Of a DNA stretch of 64,000 bases, positions 55,301-64,000 are shown piece after piece. A program made the translations under genes and the position numbers. The stretch spans positions 78,492,001 to 78,556,000 of the forward strand of contig OZ024747.1 in NCBI GenBank assembly GCA_964016885.1, read 5' to 3'. The stretch is from Eledone cirrhosa. Lineage: Eukaryota. Every line of letters begins with the position of its first letter. The first letter of the stretch is position 1. The notes under the pieces were generated by a model. It was not told the origin of the DNA. It did not search any database and saw only the letters and a program-made list of their open reading frames with translations.

Positions 55301-58300
55301 TTAGACTAATACCTGACACTATCTCATGACAACAGTGACCACAACTATAGAATTAGACTAATACCTGACACTATCTCATGACAACAGTGACCACAACTAT
55401 AGAATTAGACTAATACCTGACACTATCTCATGACAACAGTGACCACAACTATAGAATTAGACTAATACCTGACACTATCTGATGACAACAATGACCACAA
55501 CTATAGAATTAGACTAATACCTGACACTACCTCATGACAACAGTGACCACACCTATAGAATTAGACTAATACCTGACACTACCTCATGACAATAGTGACC
55601 ACAACTATAGAATTAGACTAATACCTGACACTATCTGATGACAACAATGACCACAACTATAGAATTAGACTAATACCTGACACTATCTCATGACAACAGT
55701 GACCACAACTATAGAATTAGACTAATACCTGACACTATCTCATGACAACAGTGACCACAACTATAGAATTAGACTAATACCTGACACTATCTGATGACAA
55801 CAGTGACCACAACTATAGAATTAGGCTAATACCTGACACTATCTCATGACAAAAGTGACCACAACTATAGAATTAGACTAATACCTGACACTATCTGATG
55901 ACAACAGTGACCACAACTATAGAATTAGACTAATACCTGACACTATCTCATGACAAAAGTGACCACAACTATAGAATTAGACTAATACCTGACACTATCT
56001 GATGACAACAGTGACCACAACTATAGAATTAGACTAATACCTGACACTATCTCATGACAACAGTGACCACAACTATAGAATTAGACTAATACCTGACACT
56101 ATCTGATGACAACAGTGACCACAACTATAGAATTAGACTAATACCTGACACTACCTCATGACAACAATGACCACAACTATAGAATTAGACTAATACCTGA
56201 CACTATCTGATGACAACAATGACCACAACTATAGAATTAGACTAATACCTGACACTATCTCATGACAACAGTGACCACAACTATAGAATTAGACTAATAC
56301 CTGACACTATCTCATGACAACAATGACCACAACTATAGAATTAGACTAATACCTGACACTACCTCATGACAACAATGACCACAACTATAGAATTAGACTA
56401 ATACCTGACACTATCTGATGACAACAATGACCACAACTATAGAATTAGACTAATACCTGACACTACCTCATGACAACAATGACCACAACTATAGAATTAG
56501 ACTAATACCTGACACTATCTGATGACAACAATGACCACAACTATAGAATTAGACTAATACCTGACACTACCTCATGACAACAATGACCACAACTATAGAA
56601 TTAGACTAATACCTGACACTATCTGATGACAACAATGACCACAACTATAGAATTAGACTAATACCTGACACTATCTCATGACAACAATGACCACAACTAT
56701 AGAATTAGACTAATACCTGACACTACCTCATGACAACAATGACCACAACTATAGAATTAGACTAATACCTGACACTATCTGATGACAACAATGACCACAA
56801 CTATAGAATTAGACTAATACCTGACACTACCTCATGACAACAATGACCACAACTATAGAATTAGACTAATACCTGACACTATCTGATGACAACAGTGACC
56901 ACAACTCTAGAATTAGACTAATACCTGACACTATCTGATGACAACAGTGACCACACCTATAGAATTAGACTAATACCTGACACTACCTCATGACAATAGT
57001 GACCACAACTATAGAATTAGACTAATACCTGACACTATCTGATGACAACAATGACCACAACTATAGAATTAGACTAATACCTGACACTACCTCATGACAA
57101 CAGTGACCACAACTATAGAATTAGACTAATACCTGACACTATCTCATGACAACAGTGACCACAACTATAGAATTAGACTAATACCTGACACTATCTCATG
57201 ACAACAGTGACCACAACTATAGAATTAGACTAATACCTGACACTACCTCATGACAACAGTGACCACAACTATAGAATTAGACTAATACCTGACACTATCT
57301 GATGACAACAGTGACCACAACTATAGAATTAGGCTAATACCTGACACTATCTCATGACAAAAGTGACCACAACTATAGAATTAGACTAATACCTGACACT
57401 ATCTGATGACAACAGTGACCACAACTATAGAATTAGACTAATACCTGACACTATCTCATGACAAAAGTGACCACAACTATAGAATTAGACTAATACCTGA
57501 CACTATCTGATGACAACAGTGACCACAACTATAGAATTAGACTAATACCTGACACTATCTCATGACAACAGTGACCACAACTATAGAATTAGACTAATAC
57601 CTGACACTATCTGATGACAACAGTGACCACAACTATAGAATTAGACTAATACCTGACACTACCTCATGACAACAATGACCACAACTATAGAATTAGACTA
57701 ATACCTGACACTATCTGATGACAACAATGACCACAACTATAGAATTAGACTAATACCTGACACTATCTGATGACAACAATGACCACAACTATAGAATTAG
57801 ACTAATACCTGACACTACCTCATGACAACAATGACCACAACTATAGAATTAGACTAATACCTGACACTATCTCATGACAACAGTGACCACACCTATAGAA
57901 TTAGACTACCTGACACTACCTCATGACAACAATGACCACAACTATAGAATTAGACTAATACCTGACACTATCTGATGACAACAATGACCACAACTATAGA
58001 ATTAGACTAATACCTGACACTATCTGATGACAACAATGACCACAACTATAGAATTAGACTAATACCTGACACTACCTCATGACAACAATGACCACAACTA
58101 TAGAATTAGACTAATACCTGACACTATCTGATGACAACAATGACCACAACTATAGAATTAGACTAATACCTGACACTATCTGATGACAACAATGACCACA
58201 ACTATAGAATTAGACTAATACCTGACACTATCTGATGACAACAATGACCACAACTATAGAATTAGACTAATACCTGACACTACCTCATGACAACAATGAC

Positions 58301-61300
58301 CACAACTATAGAATTAGACTAATACCTGACACTATCTGATGACAACAATGACCACAACTATAGAATTAGACTAATACCTGACACTACCTCATGACAACAA
58401 TGACCACAACTATAGAATTAGACTAATACCTGACACTATCTGATGACAACAATGACCACAACTATAGAATTAGACTAATACCTGACACTATCTGATGACA
58501 ACAATGACCACAACTATAGAATTAGACTAATACCTGACACTACCTCATGACAACAATGACCACAACTATAGAATTAGACTAATACCTGACACTATCTCAT
58601 GACAACAGTGACCACAACTATAGAATTAGACTAATACCTGACACTATCTGATGACAACAGTGACCACAACTATAGAATTAGACTAATACCTGACACTACC
58701 TCATGACAAAAGTGACCACAACTATAGAATTAGACTAATACCTGACACTATCTCATGACAACAGTGACCACAACTATAGAATTAGACTAATACCTGACAC
58801 TATCTCATGACAACAATGACCACAACTATAGAATTAGACTAATACCTGACACTACCTCATGACAACAATGACCACAACTATAGAATTAGACTAATACCTG
58901 ACACTATCTGATGACAACAATGACCACAACTATAGAATTAGACTAATACCTGACACTATCTGATGACAACAATGACCACAACTATAGAATTAGACTAATA
59001 CCTGACACTATCTGATGACAACAGTGACCACAACTCTAGAATTAGACTAATACCTGACACTATCTCATGACAACAGTGACCACATCTATAGAATTAGACT
59101 AATACCTGACACTACCTCATGACAACAGTGACCACAACTATAGAATTAGACTAATACCTGACACTATCTCATGACAACAGTGACCACAACTATAGAATTA
59201 GACTAATACCTGACACTATCTCATGACAACAATGACCACAACTATAGAATTAGACTAATACCTGACACTACCTCATGACAACAGTGACCACAACTATAGA
59301 ATTAGACTAATACCTGACACTATCTCATGACAACAGTGACCACAACTATAGAATTAGACTAATACCTGACACTACCTCATGACAATAGTGACCACAACTA
59401 TAGAATTAGACTAATACCTGACACTATCTCATGACAACAGTGACCACAACTATAGAATTAGACTAATACCTGACACTATCTGATGACAACAATGACCACA
59501 ACTATAGAATTAGACTAATACCTGACACTACCTCATGACAATAGTGACCACAACTATAGAATTAGACTAATACCTGACACTATCTGATGACAACAATGAC
59601 CACAACTATAGAATTAGACTAATACCTGACACTACCTCATGACAACAGTGACCACAACTATAGAATTAGACTAATACCTGACACTATCTCATGACAACAG
59701 TGACCACAACTATAGAATTAGACTAATACCTGACACTACCTCATGACAACAGTGACCACAACTATAGAATTAGACTAATACCTGACACTATCTCATGACA
59801 ACAGTGACCACAACTATAGAATTAGACTAATACCTGACACTATCTCATGACAACAGTGACCACAACTATAGAATTAGACTAATACCTGACACTACCTCAT
59901 GACAACAGTGACCACAACTATAGAATTAGACTAATACCTGACACTATCTCATGACAACAGTGACCACAACTATAGAATTAGACTAATACCTGACACTATC
60001 TCATGACAAAAGTGACCACAACTATAGAATTAGACTAATACCTGACACTATCTGATGACAACAGTGACCACAACTATAGAATTAGACTAATACCTGACAC
60101 TATCTCATGACAAAAGTGACCACAACTATAGAATTAGACTAATACCTGACACTATCTGATGACAACAGTGACCACAACTATAGAATTAGACTAATACCTG
60201 ACACTATCTCATGACAACAGTGACCACAACTATAGAATTAGACTAATACCTGACACTATCTGATGACAACAGTGACCACAACTATAGAATTAGACTAATA
60301 CCTGACACTATCTCATGACAACAATGACCACAACTATAGAATTAGACAAATACCTGACACTATCTGATGACAACAGTGACCACAACTATAGAATTAGACT
60401 AATACCTGACACTATCTCATGACAACAATGACCACAACTATAGAATTAGACAAATACCTGACACTATCTGATGACAACAGTGACCACAACTATAGAATTA
60501 GACTAATACCTGACACTATCTCATGACAACAGTGACCACAACTATAGAATTAGACTAATACCTGACACTATCTCATGACAACAGTGACCACAACTATAGA
60601 ATTAGACTAATACCTGACACTATCTCATGACAACAGTGACCACAACTATAGAATTAGACTAATACCTGACACTATCTCATGACAACAGTGACCACAACTA
60701 TAGAATTAGACTAATACCTGACACTATCTCATGTCAACAGTGACCACAACTATAGAATTAGACTAATACCTGACACTACCTCATGACAACAGTGACCACA
60801 ACTATAGAATTAGACTAATACCTGACACTATCTGATGACAACAGTGACCACAACTATAGAATTAGACTAATACCTGACACTATCTGATGACAACAGTGAC
60901 CACAACTATAGAATTAGAGTAATACCTGACACTATCTCATGACAAAAGTGACCACAACTATAGAATTAGACTAATACCTGACACTATCTCATGACAACAG
61001 TGACCACAACTATAGAATTAGACTAATACCTGACACTATCTGATGACAACAGTGACCACAACTATAGAATTAGACTAATACCTGACACTATCTGATGACA
61101 ACAGTGACCACAACTATAGAATTAGGCTAATACCTGACACTATCTCATGACAACAGTGACCACAACTATAGAATTAGACTAATACCTGACACTATCTCAT
61201 GACAACAGTGACCACAACTATAGAATTAGACTAATACCTGACACTATCTCATGACAACAGTGACCACAACTATAGAATTAGACAAATACCTGACACTATC

Positions 61301-64000
61301 TCATGACAACAGTGACCACAACTATAGAATTAGACTAATACCTGACACTATCTCATGACAACAGTGACCACAACTATAGAATTAGACAAATACCTGACAC
61401 TATCTCATGACAACAGTGACCACAACTATAGAATTAGACTAATACCTGACACTATCTCATGACAACAGTGACCACAACTATAGAATTAGACAAATACCTG
61501 ACACTATCTCATGACAACAGTGACCACAACTATAGAATTAGACTAATACCTGACACTATCTCATGACAACAGTGACCACAACTATAGAATTAGACAAATA
61601 CCTGACACTATCTCATGACAACAGTGACCACAACTATAGAATTAGACTAATACCTGACACTATCTCATGACAACAGTGACCACAACTATAGAATTAGACA
61701 AATACCTGACACTATCTCATGACAACAGTGACCACAACTATAGAATTAGACTAATACCTGACACTATCTCATGACAACAGTGACCACAACTATAGAATTA
61801 GACAAGTACCTGACACTATCTCATGACAACAGTGACCACAACTATAGAATTAGACTAATACCTGACACTATCTCATGACAACAGTGACCACAACTATAGA
61901 ATTAGACTAATACCTGACACTACCTCATGACAACAGTGACCACAACTATAGAATTAGACAAATACCTGACACTATCTCATGACAACAGTGACCACAACTA
62001 TAGAATTAGACTAATACCTGACACTATCTCATGTCAACAGTCACCACAACTATAGAATTAGACTAATACCTGACACAATCTCATGACAACAGTGACCACA
62101 ACTATAGAATTAGACTAATACCTGACACTATCTCATGTCAACAGTGACCACAACTATAGAATTAGACTAATACCTGACACTATCTCATGACAACAGTGAC
62201 CACAACTATAGTATTAGACTAATACCTGACACAATCTCATGACAACAGTGACCACAACTATAGAATTAGACTAATACCTGACACTATCTCATGTCAACAG
62301 TGACCACAACTATAGAATTAGACTAATACCTGACACTATCTCATGACAACAGTGACCACAACTATAGAATTAGACTAATACCTGACACTATCTGATGACA
62401 ACAGTGACCACAACTATAGAATTAGACTAATACCTGACACTATCTCATGACAACAGTGACCACAACTATAGAATTAGACTAATACCTGACACTATCTGAT
62501 GACAACAGTGACCACAACTATAGAATTAGACTAATACCTGACACTATCTCATGACAACAGTGACCACAACTATAGAATTAGACTAATACCTGACACTATC
62601 TCATGTCAACAGTGACCACAACTATAGAATTAGACTAATACCTGACACTATCTCATGACAACAGTGACCACAACTATAGAATTAGACTAATACCTGACAC
62701 TATCTCATGACAACAGTGACCACAACTATAGAATTAGACTAATACCTGACACTATCTCATGTCAACAGTGACCACAACTATAGAATTAGACTAATACCTG
62801 ACACTACCTCATGACAACAGTGACCACAACTATAGAATTAGACTAATACCTGACACTATCTGATGACAACAGTGACCACAACTATAGAATTAGACTAATA
62901 CCTGACACTATCTGATGACAACAGTGACCACAACTATAGAATTAGAGTAATACCTGACACTATCTCATGACAAAAGTGACCACAACTATAGAATTAGACT
63001 AATACCTGACACTATCTCATGACAACAGTGACCACAACTATAGAATTAGACTAATACCTGACACTATCTGATGACAACAGTGACCACAACTATAGAATTA
63101 GACTAATACCTGACACTATCTGATGACAACAGTGACCACAACTATAGAATTAGGCTAATACCTGACACTATCTCATGACAACAGTGACCACAACTATAGA
63201 ATTAGACTAATACCTGACACTATCTCATGACAACAGTGACCACAACTATAGAATTAGACTAATACCTGACACTATCTCATGACAACAGTGACCACAACTA
63301 TAGAATTAGACAAATACCTGACACTATCTCATGACAACAGTGACCACAACTATAGAATTAGACTAATACCTGACACTATCTCATGACAACAGTGACCACA
63401 ACTATAGAATTAGACAAATACCTGACACTATCTCATGACAACAGTGACCACAACTATAGAATTAGACTAATACCTGACACTATCTCATGACAACAGTGAC
63501 CACAACTATAGAATTAGACAAATACCTGACACTATCTCATGACAACAGTGACCACAACTATAGAATTAGACTAATACCTGACACTATCTCATGACAACAG
63601 TGACCACAACTATAGAATTAGACAAATACCTGACACTATCTCATGACAACAGTGACCACAACTATAGAATTAGACTAATACCTGACACTATCTCATGACA
63701 ACAGTGACCACAACTATAGAATTAGACAAATACCTGACACTATCTCATGACAACAGTGACCACAACTATAGAATTAGACTAATACCTGACACTATCTCAT
63801 GACAACAGTGACCACAACTATAGAATTAGACAAGTACCTGACACTATCTCATGACAACAGTGACCACAACTATAGAATTAGACTAATACCTGACACTATC
63901 TCATGACAACAGTGACCACAACTATAGAATTAGACTAATACCTGACACTACCTCATGACAACAGTGACCACAACTATAGAATTAGACAAATACCTGACAC
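49324..64000. repeat. 52-bp satellite, about 280 copies, continuing past the window end
   Basis: Unit actaatacctgacactatctcatgacaacagtgaccacaactatagaattag. Few variant sites and one 3-bp deletion near 57907. Confidence 0.98.

Noticed and set aside
49324-64000. Hammerhead-containing satellite, since CTGATGA occurs in variant monomers
   Set aside because: The unit has no GAAA (only GAAT) and no compatible stems. CTGATGA arises from a single C/G variant.

Overview
AT-rich, microsatellite-saturated animal genomic DNA. The SINE and microsatellite content looks like a cephalopod such as an octopus, which is inference only. I can support one host gene: a single coding exon (19659-20780) for a secreted, probably GPI-anchored leucine-rich-repeat protein. 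The rest is mobile or repetitive DNA. It includes three 5'-truncated Penelope-like retroelements (RT + GIY-YIG), several tRNA-derived SINE families, a CR1-like 3' end, a mariner remnant, a piggyBac-like MITE, a 26-bp satellite (about 2.3 kb) and a 52-bp satellite filling the last 14.7 kb. The most striking pattern is a dense set of short Penelope pLTR-type fragments inserted in (TA)n tracts. They carry type I hammerhead ribozymes (about 10 motifs, intact or decayed) and very often end in a fold-back palindrome. In one family the fold-back axis falls repeatedly in hammerhead stem II. All RNA folds were done by eye. Nearly all short ORFs in the track are microsatellite artefacts.
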